This document shows positions 48,946 to 58,260 of a stretch of DNA of 64,000 nt, piece after piece. Position 1 is the stretch's first letter. Every line of letters starts with the position of its first letter. The notes beneath the pieces are model-generated. The model ran no database searches, was not told where the DNA came from, and was given only the letters and a program-made list of their open reading frames with translations. Origin of the DNA: Hyalangium minutum (GTDB taxonomy: Bacteria; Myxococcota; Myxococcia; Myxococcales; Myxococcaceae). The stretch covers positions 1 to 64,000 of the forward strand of contig NZ_JMCB01000028.1 in NCBI RefSeq assembly GCF_000737315.1, read 5' to 3'. Both the position numbers and the translations under genes were made by a program.

Positions 48946-50065
48946 CCGGGACGCCTGCGGCCTCGGCCACCCGGCGGCAGTCCTCGAACTCCGGGTGCGC
49001 GTTGAGCACCTCGCCGCCGCGCAGCCCGCGCTTCACCCGCACCCGGCCCCACGGCGTCTCCACTTCCACCCAGTCCCGCTCCAGCGCCTGCCGCTCCACC
49101 CGGTAGAAGCGCAACCCCAGCGTCGTGGACTCTCGCAGCACCGTGTCCATTACCTCTTCCCGCTTGCCGCCCTCCACCACCGCGCTGAGCAGGTGCGCGG
49201 GCCGCCCCTTCTTCATCACCACCGGCGTCACCCACGCATCCAGCGCCCCCGCCGTCAGCAGCCGCTCCACCAGGTACCCCAGAAGCTGCGGCGTGCTGTC
49301 GTCCAGGTTCGCCTCCAGGACCCAGAGACCCTCGGCCTTCTCCTCTGCCCGCCCCAGCGAGGCGCGCAGCACATTGGGCCGATCCTTGAAGTCTTTCGTC
49401 CCCACCCCGTAGCCCACGCGCTCCACGATGAAGTCTGGCGGATGGCCGATGCGCGTCAGCACCTTCAGCAGCGCCGCGCCCGTGGGTGTCGTCAGCTCCC
49501 CCATGCCCTCGAAGCGGACGGGAACGTTCTTCAGCAACTCCAATGTCGCGGGCACCGGGATGGGCATGCTCCCGTGCGCCACCCGGATGGTTCCGCTCCC
49601 CAGCGGCGGCGGCGCCGCGATCACCTCCGGATCCCCGAGCAGCTCCAGCACCACCGCCGCGCCGCAGATGTCCACGATGGAGTCCACCGCTCCCACCTCG
49701 TGGAAGTGGATCTCCTCGAGCGGCACACCGTGCACCTTCGCCTCGGCCTCGCCGATGGCCCGGAACACTTCGAGCGCCCGAGCCTTCGCCTTGGGCGACA
49801 GCGTCTCCGCCGCCTCGATGAGCCGCTGGATGTCCGAGTACGCGCGGTGCGGATGGACTTCCCGCTCGTCCAGCACCACGTCGAGGTGCGTGCCGCTGAT
49901 GGCGTGGCGCACCGCCCGGCTCACCGCCAGCTTCCAGCCCGGCACCTTCAGCCCGCTCAAGGCGCGGGTGATGTCCTCGGGGTTCACACCGAGGTCCACC
50001 GCCGCCGCGAGGAACATGTCCCCCGCGATGCCACCCACGGGCTCCAGATAGAGAATCTTTCGCAC
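48899..50065 (-). CDS. larC: Nickel-pincer cofactor biosynthesis protein LarC
   Basis: GGIAGDMFL, IHFHEVGAVDSIVDI, HGSMPIPVPAT, ELTTPTGAA, MKKGRP, HPEFEDC. Confidence 0.93.
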   Translation of the reverse strand: MRKILYLEPVGGIAGDMFLAAAVDLGVNPEDITRALSGLKVPGWKLAVSRAVRHAISGTHLDVVLDEREVHPHRAYSDIQRLIEAAETLSPKAKARALEVFRAIGEAEAKVHGVPLEEIHFHEVGAVDSIVDICGAAVVLELLGDPEVIAAPPPLGSGTIRVAHGSMPIPVPATLELLKNVPVRFEGMGELTTPTGAALLKVLTRIGHPPDFIVERVGYGVGTKDFKDRPNVLRASLGRAEEKAEGLWVLEANLDDSTPQLLGYLVERLLTAGALDAWVTPVVMKKGRPAHLLSAVVEGGKREEVMDTVLRESTTLGLRFYRVERQALERDWVEVETPWGRVRVKRGLRGGEVLNAHPEFEDCRRVAEAAGVPVKLVMAEAMAALQRG

Positions 50066-50143
50066 GTCGGCTCCTTATCAGCCTTCCGGCCCGCGAGGAT
50101 CCACGCGTGACGGGATGGGCCGGAGTGTGCTGAACATCCCGGA

Positions 50144-50797
50144 ATGGAGACACGCACCGCACTGGTGGCTGGAGCAAGTGGACTCGTCGGAGGGCTCCTC
50201 CTGGACGGGCTGCTGGAGAGCCCGCTGTACCGGGAGGTGTGCTCCCTGGGCCGCCGTCCCCTGCCGAAGCAACACGCCAAGCTCACCCAGAGGACCGTGG
50301 ACTTCGCCCGGCTGGACGCGGAGGCGCTCCCCGCCACGGACGATGCCTTCTGCTGCCTCGGCACCACCATCAAGAAGGCGGGCAGTCAGGAGGCCTTCCG
50401 CGCGGTGGACCACGACGCGGTGCTGGCCTTCGCCCGGGCCGCTCGCAAGGCGGGTGCGAGGCGCTTCCTGCTGGTCTCGGCGCTCGGAGCCGACAAGGGC
50501 TCGCGCGTCTTCTACAACCGCGTGAAGGGCGAGACGGAGGAGGACCTCGAGGCCGTGGGCTTCGAGTCGCTCATCCTTCTGCGCCCCTCGCTTCTGCTCG
50601 GAGACCGCGCCGAGAGCCGTCCGGGCGAGCGCGCCGCCATCCTGGCGACGAAGGTGCTCAGCCCGCTGCTGCGCCCCTTCGCCAGCCGCCCTATCGAGGC
50701 GAGCACCGTGGCTCGGGCCATGCTGAACCTGGCGAAGAGCGCGCCAGGAGGAACGCGGGTCGCGCTCTCAGGAGAGCTGCAGGAGTTGGGCAAGTAG
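50144..50797 (+). CDS. NAD(P)-binding oxidoreductase, YraR/TIP30-like
   Basis: AGASGLVG, FCCLGTTIKKAGS, LRPSLLLGDR. Confidence 0.88.
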   Translation: METRTALVAGASGLVGGLLLDGLLESPLYREVCSLGRRPLPKQHAKLTQRTVDFARLDAEALPATDDAFCCLGTTIKKAGSQEAFRAVDHDAVLAFARAARKAGARRFLLVSALGADKGSRVFYNRVKGETEEDLEAVGFESLILLRPSLLLGDRAESRPGERAAILATKVLSPLLRPFASRPIEASTVARAMLNLAKSAPGGTRVALSGELQELGK

Positions 50798-50815
50798 CCG
50801 CCCGCTTCCAGGCTC

Positions 50816-51409
50816 CTACCGCGCGATATCGTCCAGGTGCGGCATGGGCTCGCCAGGGTCGTACGTCTGGCCATCGGGACCGACGCGCTTCTGGGTGGAG
50901 ATGCTCCAGATATCGAGCGTGCTGTCCCGGTCGATGTTCCCCGCGCACACCAGGGTGATCTCACACGCATCGGGGCACTGACCGGAGACGCCCACCTGCT
51001 GGGCCACCTCCACCGGGAGCTCGGCCAGGGTGATGGGCTTCACGTCCTTGTTCTTCCAGGTGTCCACGCCCACGCCCTGCGCTCCCTGGGTGCCCGAGGC
51101 CTTCTCGCCACTCCGGTCCTCCAAAGGCCCGGTCCCCAGGAAGTATGCGTACCGGTTCCCTCGTTCGAGGGAGGTCACCAGCTCAGCGTACTGAGCGGTG
51201 TAACCCCGCTGCCTCACCTTCTCCCCCGTGTAGAGAGTCTTGAGGTTCGCCTTGCACTCGGACTGCCTCGCCCGGTGACTTGCACTGGACGACGTCCAAG
51301 GGCCCGCCAACCCGATGCCCGCCAGCACGAGCCCGAGACACGGGCAGAGCAGCAGCACGCCCAAGAGCCAGGGCAGATCATTCCAAGCGCGAGTCCCAGG
51401 CTTCGCCAT
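50816..51409 (-). CDS. PilA-like pilin-domain protein lacking a prepilin cleavage motif
   Basis: ARQSECKANLKTLYT...ERGNRYAY...GNIDRDSTLDIWSI resembles myxobacterial PilA; one N-terminal TM; no G|FxxxE. Confidence 0.75.
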   Translation of the reverse strand: MAKPGTRAWNDLPWLLGVLLLCPCLGLVLAGIGLAGPWTSSSASHRARQSECKANLKTLYTGEKVRQRGYTAQYAELVTSLERGNRYAYFLGTGPLEDRSGEKASGTQGAQGVGVDTWKNKDVKPITLAELPVEVAQQVGVSGQCPDACEITLVCAGNIDRDSTLDIWSISTQKRVGPDGQTYDPGEPMPHLDDIAR

Positions 51410-51433
51410 GTTCCCCCCAGGGGTACAGCCGGT

Positions 51434-52186
51434 CTAGCGCCGGCCCTTGGTCCGAGAGATCAGCGTCGCATAAAACCCACCGCCGAAGCCGTTGTCGATG
51501 TTCACCACCGCCACGTTCGAGGCGCAGGAATTCACCATCGTCAGCAGCGCCGACACGCCCTGCATGTTCGCCCCGTACCCCACGGACGTGGGGACCGCCA
51601 CCACTGGGATCCCCACCAGCCCGCCCACCACGCCCGGCAGTGCGCCCTCCATCCCTGCCACCACCACCGCCGCGTGGCAGTCTTGGATTTCCTCGCGCCG
51701 CCGCAGCAGGCGGTGAATGCCCGCCACGCCCACGTCGTATACGCGCCGCACCTCCGCGCCCATCGCCTCGGCCGTCAGCGCCGCCTCCTCCGCCACCGGA
51801 ATGTCGCTCGTGCCCGCCGTCACCACGGCCACGCGCCCCGCCTTCCGCTTGCCCTGCTTGATGTGGAAGATGCGCGCCACCGGGTGGTACTCGCCCTTCG
51901 GGAAGCGCGCGAGCAGCGCCTCGGCCTTCTCCTGCTGCAGCCGCGTCACCAGCACCGTCTGCTTGCGCTCCACCAGCGTCCCGACGATGCCCAGCAGCTG
52001 CTCCACCGTCTTCGGCCCCCCGAGTACCACCTCGGGAAAGCCGAACCGCAGCGAGCGGTGGGTGTCCACCGTCGCGTAGCCCAGCTCCGCGAACGGCAGA
52101 TCCTTCAGCCGGCCGACCGCGTCATCCACGGAGACCTGGCCACCTTTGACTTGCTTGAGGAGCTGACTGAGCGCCTTCTCGTCCAT
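51434..52186 (-). CDS. larB: Nickel-pincer cofactor biosynthesis protein LarB (PurE-like)
   Basis: DTHRSLRFGFPEVV, VTAGTSDIPVAEEA, DVGVAGIHRL, AGMEGALP, PTSVGYG, NIDNGFG. Confidence 0.95.
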   Translation of the reverse strand: MDEKALSQLLKQVKGGQVSVDDAVGRLKDLPFAELGYATVDTHRSLRFGFPEVVLGGPKTVEQLLGIVGTLVERKQTVLVTRLQQEKAEALLARFPKGEYHPVARIFHIKQGKRKAGRVAVVTAGTSDIPVAEEAALTAEAMGAEVRRVYDVGVAGIHRLLRRREEIQDCHAAVVVAGMEGALPGVVGGLVGIPVVAVPTSVGYGANMQGVSALLTMVNSCASNVAVVNIDNGFGGGFYATLISRTKGRR

Positions 52187-52238
52187 GCGGGCCGCTCTAC
52201 CTCAAAGCGGCACCCCGGAGCACGCGGAGAAGCAGCGC

Positions 52239-52838
52239 TTAAACGCCCAGGCGCTGCAGCAGCGCCCGAGAGCTCTCCCGCTCCAGCACCAGCAACATCC
52301 GCCCCGACACCGGCGGCGCGCTGGCCGCGGAGAACCGCGCCTCCAGCACCACCACGGGGCTCGTCTGCCCACCTTCCGTCTCCCGGAGGGCCGCGCTCAC
52401 CACCTCGCGCGCCGAGCCCCGGTGCAGATCCGGCACCGTGGGCAGCAGCTTCCACCGCGTCAGCTTGCCGATCGCCGACAGGCACGCGCTCGCGACGATG
52501 TTCGCCGTCTCGCGCAGGGCACTCTCCAGCTCGGGCCCCCGGGACACATGCCCCAGCAGCACCGCGCCCAGCGAGGCCCCATCCCGCGCCGGTAGCACGA
52601 AGAGCATCACCCCGTGCAGCTCGCCCACCATGCCGAGCTTCACGCCAATCACGGGCTCGTCGCCGCCCAGCTGCTCGGCGACCTCCGCGGCCACCGTCAC
52701 CATGGCGCGCGGCACCGAGAGGTCCACCTGCTTGCCACCCACCAGCCGCGCAAGCGCGTTCACCGCGTGCCCGCAGCCGATATTGGCCACCTCACGCAGC
52801 ACGTCGAGTTGAATCTCGCTGGGGCCCTGAGCGTTCAC
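52239..52838 (-). CDS. difG: CheC-family phosphatase (DifG)
   Basis: LREVANIGCGHA and LRETANIVAS repeats; overlaps the cheA stop by 4 bp. Confidence 0.85.
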   Translation of the reverse strand: MNAQGPSEIQLDVLREVANIGCGHAVNALARLVGGKQVDLSVPRAMVTVAAEVAEQLGGDEPVIGVKLGMVGELHGVMLFVLPARDGASLGAVLLGHVSRGPELESALRETANIVASACLSAIGKLTRWKLLPTVPDLHRGSAREVVSAALRETEGGQTSPVVVLEARFSAASAPPVSGRMLLVLERESSRALLQRLGV

Positions 52839-54940
52839 GCGGACAGTAACCTCGGCACGTCCAGGATGAAGACCGGACGGCCACTGCCCAGAATCGTCAC
52901 CCCAGAAAGGCCCGGGAGCAAGTCCAAGGGCCGCGAGAGTGGTTTGAGCACCACTTCCTCCTGCCCCAGCAGCCGATCCACCGCCAACGCAACCTTCCCG
53001 GAATCTCCCTCCATCACCACGAAAGGCCGGACTCCCCGGCGTTCCGGGGTGGGGAGACCCAGTAATTGATCCAGGGCATGCACCGGCAGCATCGTATTTC
53101 CGTGGGGCAGCAACGCTGTGTCCCGGCTGCGGCTGAGCTCGTCCGCGTTGGCCTCCTGGGCGCCCACCACCTTGGCGATCGGGAGGCCGAACACCTCCTC
53201 GCCCACCTCCACCAACAGCAGGTGCACCACTGCGACGGTGAGTGGCAGCCGCAGCGTGAAGCGTGTGCCCTTGCCCTTCTCGCTGTCGATCTCCAGCGTG
53301 CCGCCTACGTTCTCCACCACACGCTTCACCGCGTCCATGCCCACGCCGCGGCCGGAGATCTCCGACACGTCCTTCGCCGTGGACACGCCCGGCAGGCAGG
53401 CGAGCATGAAGGCCTCTCGGTCCGACATGCGCGCCGCCGCCTCCGCCGTGATGGAGCCCCGGGCCAGCGCCGCCGCCTTGAGCTTCTCCGCGCTCATGCC
53501 CCGGCCGTCGTCCTCCACCTCGATGACGACGCGGTCCCGGGCGCGGCGCACGGAGATCTGCACCTTGCCCTTCGGGTTCTTGCCCGCCGCGGTGCGCTCC
53601 TCGGGCGACTCCAGCCCGTGGTCGATGCAGTTGCGCAGGATGTGCAGCATCGGGTCCGCCAGCTCATCCAGGATGGCCCGGTCCAGCTCGATCTCCGCGC
53701 CGGTGATGATCAGATCCACGTCGCGCCCGCGCTTGCGAGCGATGTCCCGCGCCGTCCGGGGCAGCCGGTCGGTGATCAGCGACAGCGGCGTCATGCGCGC
53801 CGACATGACCTTGTCGTGCAGGTCCTTCACCAGCGCGTGCAGCCGGTAGACGCCCTCCTCCAGCGGCGGGCGCACGTTCTCCGGCAGCTCCTTGCCCACC
53901 TCGCGCAGGCGCGCGGTGGCGAGCATCAGCTCCCCCACCGTGTCCAGGAAGTAGTCCAGCAGCTCCGTGCGCACGCGCACCGTCCGGGGCGCCGCCTCAC
54001 CCGCCGCGCGAGCGCCCTCGGTCGCCACCGGAGCCGCCGCCGAGGGAGGAGGCGGTGGCGGCGCGGTGATGACGGGCTTGATGGAGACCAGCTCCACCTC
54101 CGACACGTTCCGCAGCGCGCCCTGGATGCCCTGCTCGCCCGCCGAGGTCTCCACCTCGCACTGGATGAGCCCATCCGGGATGCGCCCGGCCTTCAGGTCC
54201 TCCAGCGCGGGCCGCAGCTCGGACACCGTGCCCAGCCCCGACAGCCGCTTGTGCACCAGGAACGCCCGGACGCCCGGCACCTGGCACGTCGGCACCACGC
54301 GCACCTTCACGGACCAACGGGCCAGGGGGCCCGCATCCAGCCGCACCTCTGCCGTGGCCGGAGCCTTCGGGGCCACCGCCGAAGCCGAGAGCGGCGCGGG
54401 AGACTCGGGGCGCAGCGGAACCGGGGTGTTCACGCTCGGAGGCAGCGGCGGGGCCGTGGCCGGAACTGGAACCGAAGGATCCGCTGGCCGGACGGGGACG
54501 GGCGTCATCCGCAAGGCGGTGGCCTTCATCACCCGGGTGGGCGCCGGGGCCTGCCCCGTGAGAGCGGACACCCGCGCGGCCAGCTGGGACAACAGCGTGC
54601 CGGCCTCGTCCGGGGGCTTGTTCTCCGCCACCGAGCGCACCTGCGCCAGCATCGTGTCCGTGGCCGCCAGCAGCAGATCCACCAGCTCGCGGTTCAGCCG
54701 GCTCGCATCCTGGCGGACGGCGTCGACGAGGTCCTCCACCCGGTGGGCCAGGGTGGCGATGGGCTCGAAGCCCATGGAGGAGGCCATGCCCTTGACGGAG
54801 TGGGCGTGGCGGAACATGGAGTCCACGGCGCTGGCGCCGCCCTCCTTCTCGAGCTGGACCAGGTCCCTCCCGAGCGACTCGAGGTGCTCACTGGCCTCGG
54901 TGACGAAGAGCCCGAGGTACCGGGACATGTCCATCGCCAT
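52835..54940 (-). CDS. difE: CheA histidine kinase (DifE)
   Basis: Hpt FRHAHSVKG, HILRNCIDHG, DDGRG, SGRGVGMD, C-terminal CheW domain; Pro-rich linker. Confidence 0.93.
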   Translation of the reverse strand: MAMDMSRYLGLFVTEASEHLESLGRDLVQLEKEGGASAVDSMFRHAHSVKGMASSMGFEPIATLAHRVEDLVDAVRQDASRLNRELVDLLLAATDTMLAQVRSVAENKPPDEAGTLLSQLAARVSALTGQAPAPTRVMKATALRMTPVPVRPADPSVPVPATAPPLPPSVNTPVPLRPESPAPLSASAVAPKAPATAEVRLDAGPLARWSVKVRVVPTCQVPGVRAFLVHKRLSGLGTVSELRPALEDLKAGRIPDGLIQCEVETSAGEQGIQGALRNVSEVELVSIKPVITAPPPPPPSAAAPVATEGARAAGEAAPRTVRVRTELLDYFLDTVGELMLATARLREVGKELPENVRPPLEEGVYRLHALVKDLHDKVMSARMTPLSLITDRLPRTARDIARKRGRDVDLIITGAEIELDRAILDELADPMLHILRNCIDHGLESPEERTAAGKNPKGKVQISVRRARDRVVIEVEDDGRGMSAEKLKAAALARGSITAEAAARMSDREAFMLACLPGVSTAKDVSEISGRGVGMDAVKRVVENVGGTLEIDSEKGKGTRFTLRLPLTVAVVHLLLVEVGEEVFGLPIAKVVGAQEANADELSRSRDTALLPHGNTMLPVHALDQLLGLPTPERRGVRPFVVMEGDSGKVALAVDRLLGQEEVVLKPLSRPLDLLPGLSGVTILGSGRPVFILDVPRLLSA

Positions 54941-54982
54941 GCCGGACCTCCCTCAGGTGACGAGGCGCAGGCGCGGGGCGGC

Positions 54983-55354
54983 TCAGCCCTCGCCCAGCAC
55001 CTTCTTCACGACGGCCAGCACATCTTCGGCCCGGAACGGCTTGACGATGAAGTCCGAGGCACCCGCCTCGATGGCCTCCATCACCAAGCTCTCCTGCCCA
55101 AGCGCCGAGCACATGATGACGACGGCGTTGCCGTCGTGCTTGAGAATCTCACGCGTGGCCTCGATGCCGCTTTTGAAGGGCATGACGATGTCCATCGTCG
55201 TGAGGTCCGGCTTGAGCTCCTTGTACTTCTCCACGGCCTCGAGGCCATTGGCCGCCTCACCGACGACCTCGAACCCGCCGGAGGCGAAGATGTCCTTGAT
55301 CATGTTGCGCATGAAGATCGCGTCGTCGACGACCAGGACCCGCTTAGCAGCCAT
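54983..55354 (-). CDS. difD: CheY response regulator (DifD)
   Basis: VLVVDDA, TTMDIVMP, CSALGQ, FIVKPF; ATG 55354. Confidence 0.93.
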   Translation of the reverse strand: MAAKRVLVVDDAIFMRNMIKDIFASGGFEVVGEAANGLEAVEKYKELKPDLTTMDIVMPFKSGIEATREILKHDGNAVVIMCSALGQESLVMEAIEAGASDFIVKPFRAEDVLAVVKKVLGEG

Positions 55355-55426
55355 GTGAAGCAACGCCTCCGCGAAAAGCCTCGAGAGCAGCGCGGAACCT
55401 AGCACCCGCGCCTCCAAGGGGGCTAC

Positions 55427-55852
55427 TCACTTCTGCGTGGTGAGCAACGCCACCACTGCCGCATCCAACCCTTCGGGATCTAACACGGTGACGCCCAAAC
55501 CTTTCAGTCTGGCGACACCCTTCACTGCCAGAACGGCCTTCCCCGGCGCCGCCGCGCTCACCCGCTCCAGTGCTTCGATGCCGTCCACGTCCGTGACCAA
55601 GAATCCCAGGTCCCGGCGCCCGCGGTCCAGCAGGAGCACGCGCGAAGCAGGGGTTTGCCCCTCTGGCAGCCCCAGCAACTGGCGCATTTCCACCACTGTG
55701 ACCACCCGTCCGCGCAGGTTCATCACCCCAGAGATGGCCGGAGGGGCGCGTGGGACACGGGTGAAGCGCCCGGGGGGCACCACCACCTCGCGCACGGACG
55801 AGAGGGGCAGTCCGTAGCGCTCTTTCTCCACCCGGAAGATGACATGCCGCAA
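55427..55852 (-). CDS. difC: CheW adaptor (DifC)
   Basis: [30 protein letters not shown]. Confidence 0.92.
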   Translation of the reverse strand: MRHVIFRVEKERYGLPLSSVREVVVPPGRFTRVPRAPPAISGVMNLRGRVVTVVEMRQLLGLPEGQTPASRVLLLDRGRRDLGFLVTDVDGIEALERVSAAAPGKAVLAVKGVARLKGLGVTVLDPEGLDAAVVALLTTQK

Positions 55853-55873
55853 GGGGGCCTCCGGGCGAAGGGC

Positions 55874-57172
55874 TCACCGGTCGAGCCGGAAGCTGCGAAC
55901 CACGTTCTGCAGCTCGACGGAGGTGTTGGTCAGCTCATTGGCCAGCGACGCCATGCGCGCCACGGCTCGGGTCTGCTCGCGGACCACCGACTGGATGGCC
56001 TCGGTGGAGGTGGAGTTGTTGCGCGCCACCAGGGAGATCTCCTCGATGGCCTGCACCATCTCCTTGCTGCCCTCCAGCTGCTCGCGGGCGCTCTCCGAGA
56101 TGAGGTGCACCTTCTCGGCGCCCTTGTGGATGGTGTCCGTGATGGCGCCCATGGAGCGGACGATGTTCGTCAGGTCCTCTCGGCCCTCGGACAGCTCCTC
56201 GATGCCCTCCTTCATGGCGGACACCACCGAGGTGGACTGGCCGGAGATGTCCCGGGCCAGCTTGGAGATCTGCTCGGCGGAGCGGCCAGCGCTCTCGGCC
56301 AGCTTGCGCACCTCGTCGGCCACCACCGCGAAGCCGCGGCCGTACTCGCCCGCGCGCGCCGCCTCGATGGTGGCGTTGAGCGCCAACAGGTTCGTCTGCT
56401 GGGCCACCTGGGTGATGACGTCGACGATCTTGGAGATCTCCTGCGTCTTCTCGCCGAAGGCGAACACCTGCTGGCTGGCCGCCTCGATGCGGCTGAACAC
56501 CTTCTTCACCTTCTCACCGGCCAGCCTCGCGGCCCGGCTGCCGTCCTCGGCGGCCTGACTGGTGGCCAGGGTGGTGCGGGCCGCGTCCTCGGCGCTGGCG
56601 GCGGTGCGCTGGATGGAGCCGGCCATGGAGGTGATGACGGTGGAGGCCTTGCTCACCAGCATCGTCTGGGCCTCGGCGCCTCCGGCGATCTTCTTCATGG
56701 AGGAGCCCACCTCTTCGGTGGAGCCGTTCACGTTCTCCGCCGAGCGCTGCACCTCGCTGGCGGTGTCCGCCACGCTCTTGGCGGTGTCCTGAATCTTGCC
56801 CACCAGCTCGCGCAGGTTCTCCTGCATCTTGCCGATGGCGTCCGTCAGCTCGTCGATTTCGTCGCGCGGAGTCGAAGGCTCGGCGACCACGGGCTTGGAG
56901 AGGTCGCCCTGGGAAATCTCGAAGGCGGAGTTCGACAGCACCCGGACGCGGTTCACCCGCGCCAGCAGCCGGGGCAGCGTCAGCGCGGCGGCCACGGTGA
57001 GGAAGATGCCGATGGGCACCTGCCACCGCAGGCCCAGCTCGAAGCGCTGGAGCACGGCCATGGCGAACACGAGGGCGGCGCCCAACAGCACGTAGCCCGT
57101 GAGGATCTTCCGGTGCAGCGAGACGATCCGCTCGCTGCCGTCGGTCTCCACGGCGCGGATGATCCGCTGCAC
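55874..57172 (-). CDS. difA: Methyl-accepting chemotaxis protein with almost no periplasmic domain (DifA)
   Basis: Two closely spaced TMs, [38 protein letters not shown]. The start is uncertain (GTG 57151 or 57172, or TTG 57298 overlapping the thiL stop). Confidence 0.9.
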   Translation of the reverse strand: MQRIIRAVETDGSERIVSLHRKILTGYVLLGAALVFAMAVLQRFELGLRWQVPIGIFLTVAAALTLPRLLARVNRVRVLSNSAFEISQGDLSKPVVAEPSTPRDEIDELTDAIGKMQENLRELVGKIQDTAKSVADTASEVQRSAENVNGSTEEVGSSMKKIAGGAEAQTMLVSKASTVITSMAGSIQRTAASAEDAARTTLATSQAAEDGSRAARLAGEKVKKVFSRIEAASQQVFAFGEKTQEISKIVDVITQVAQQTNLLALNATIEAARAGEYGRGFAVVADEVRKLAESAGRSAEQISKLARDISGQSTSVVSAMKEGIEELSEGREDLTNIVRSMGAITDTIHKGAEKVHLISESAREQLEGSKEMVQAIEEISLVARNNSTSTEAIQSVVREQTRAVARMASLANELTNTSVELQNVVRSFRLDR

Positions 57173-57294
57173 GGGCTCACGGCGGGGAGAGTGGCCTGGG
57201 GACAGTTCGTCGCGAAGGGGGCGGCGCACGGTGGGGCGGATCCGGGGGTGACGGCGAAGACTTTGTGCGGGTTTAGCCTTGCCTTCCGGCAGGG

Positions 57295-58245
57295 TCAATC
57301 TACCGGCCGTCCGCGCGTGAAATGGTCAAAGCCCGGCGGTGGGGTAACCAGCCGTCCCTCAGGGTCTCGCAGCACCCGGCGACGCCCTCGGGTGAGCCGT
57401 CCAATCCTCGTGACGCGCTGCCCCGCCCGAGCGCACGCCCGCTCGAAGGCCTTTGCCCGTTCGGGTGGGATGGCCAGCAGCAGCTCGTAGTCCTCGCCGC
57501 CCGCCAGGGCCCGCTCCGCGCCCAGGGCCACACGGACTGCAGGTGAGAGCGGAAGGTGGGCAAGCTCCACCTCTGCCCCTACACCCGACGCCTCACAGAG
57601 ATGTCCGAGGTCCTGCGCCAGCCCATCGGAGATGTCCATGCCAGCGGAGGCGAAGCGCGAGGCGAGGCGGCCCAGCGCCACGCGAGGGATGGGACGCCGC
57701 TGGCGGAGGATGGCGGGGCTCCGGCGCTTCCCGGACTGGAGGTGGATCAGCCCGAGCCGCGCATCGCCCAGCTCTCCGGACATATAAAGGAGGTGTCCGG
57801 GCCGTCCTCCCGAGCGAGTCAGCGCAGGGCCCTGAAGCTCGCCCGCGGCGGTGATGGTGATGGAGAGCTCGTGGGCGGAGGTGAAGTTGCCGCCCACCAG
57901 GGCGATGCGGTGCTCACGGGCCAGCGCGCTCATGCCCCGCGCCAGGCCTCGCAGCTCGCGCTCGGGGAAGTCCTTGGGCAGGGCCAGCGCGCAGACGAAC
58001 CAGCGCGGCGTGGAGCCCATGGCGGCCAGATCCGAGAGGTTCACCGCCAGCGCCTTGTGGCCGATGTCCTCCGCGGAGAACGCCTCGCGGGTGAAGTGCA
58101 CGTTCTCCACCACCGCGTCCGTGGTGACGCACAGCGCGCCGCGCGTGGGAGCGAGCACCGCGCAGTCATCCCCTGGACCCACGGGCACGCGCGCCCGCGG
58201 GAAGAACGAGAGGAAGCGCTCGATGAGGGAGAACTCACCGCGCAC
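57295..58245 (-). CDS. thiL: Thiamine-monophosphate kinase
   Basis: [39 protein letters not shown]. Confidence 0.96.
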   Translation of the reverse strand: MRGEFSLIERFLSFFPRARVPVGPGDDCAVLAPTRGALCVTTDAVVENVHFTREAFSAEDIGHKALAVNLSDLAAMGSTPRWFVCALALPKDFPERELRGLARGMSALAREHRIALVGGNFTSAHELSITITAAGELQGPALTRSGGRPGHLLYMSGELGDARLGLIHLQSGKRRSPAILRQRRPIPRVALGRLASRFASAGMDISDGLAQDLGHLCEASGVGAEVELAHLPLSPAVRVALGAERALAGGEDYELLLAIPPERAKAFERACARAGQRVTRIGRLTRGRRRVLRDPEGRLVTPPPGFDHFTRGRPVD

Positions 58246-58260
58246 GGGCGCTCCTCATGC

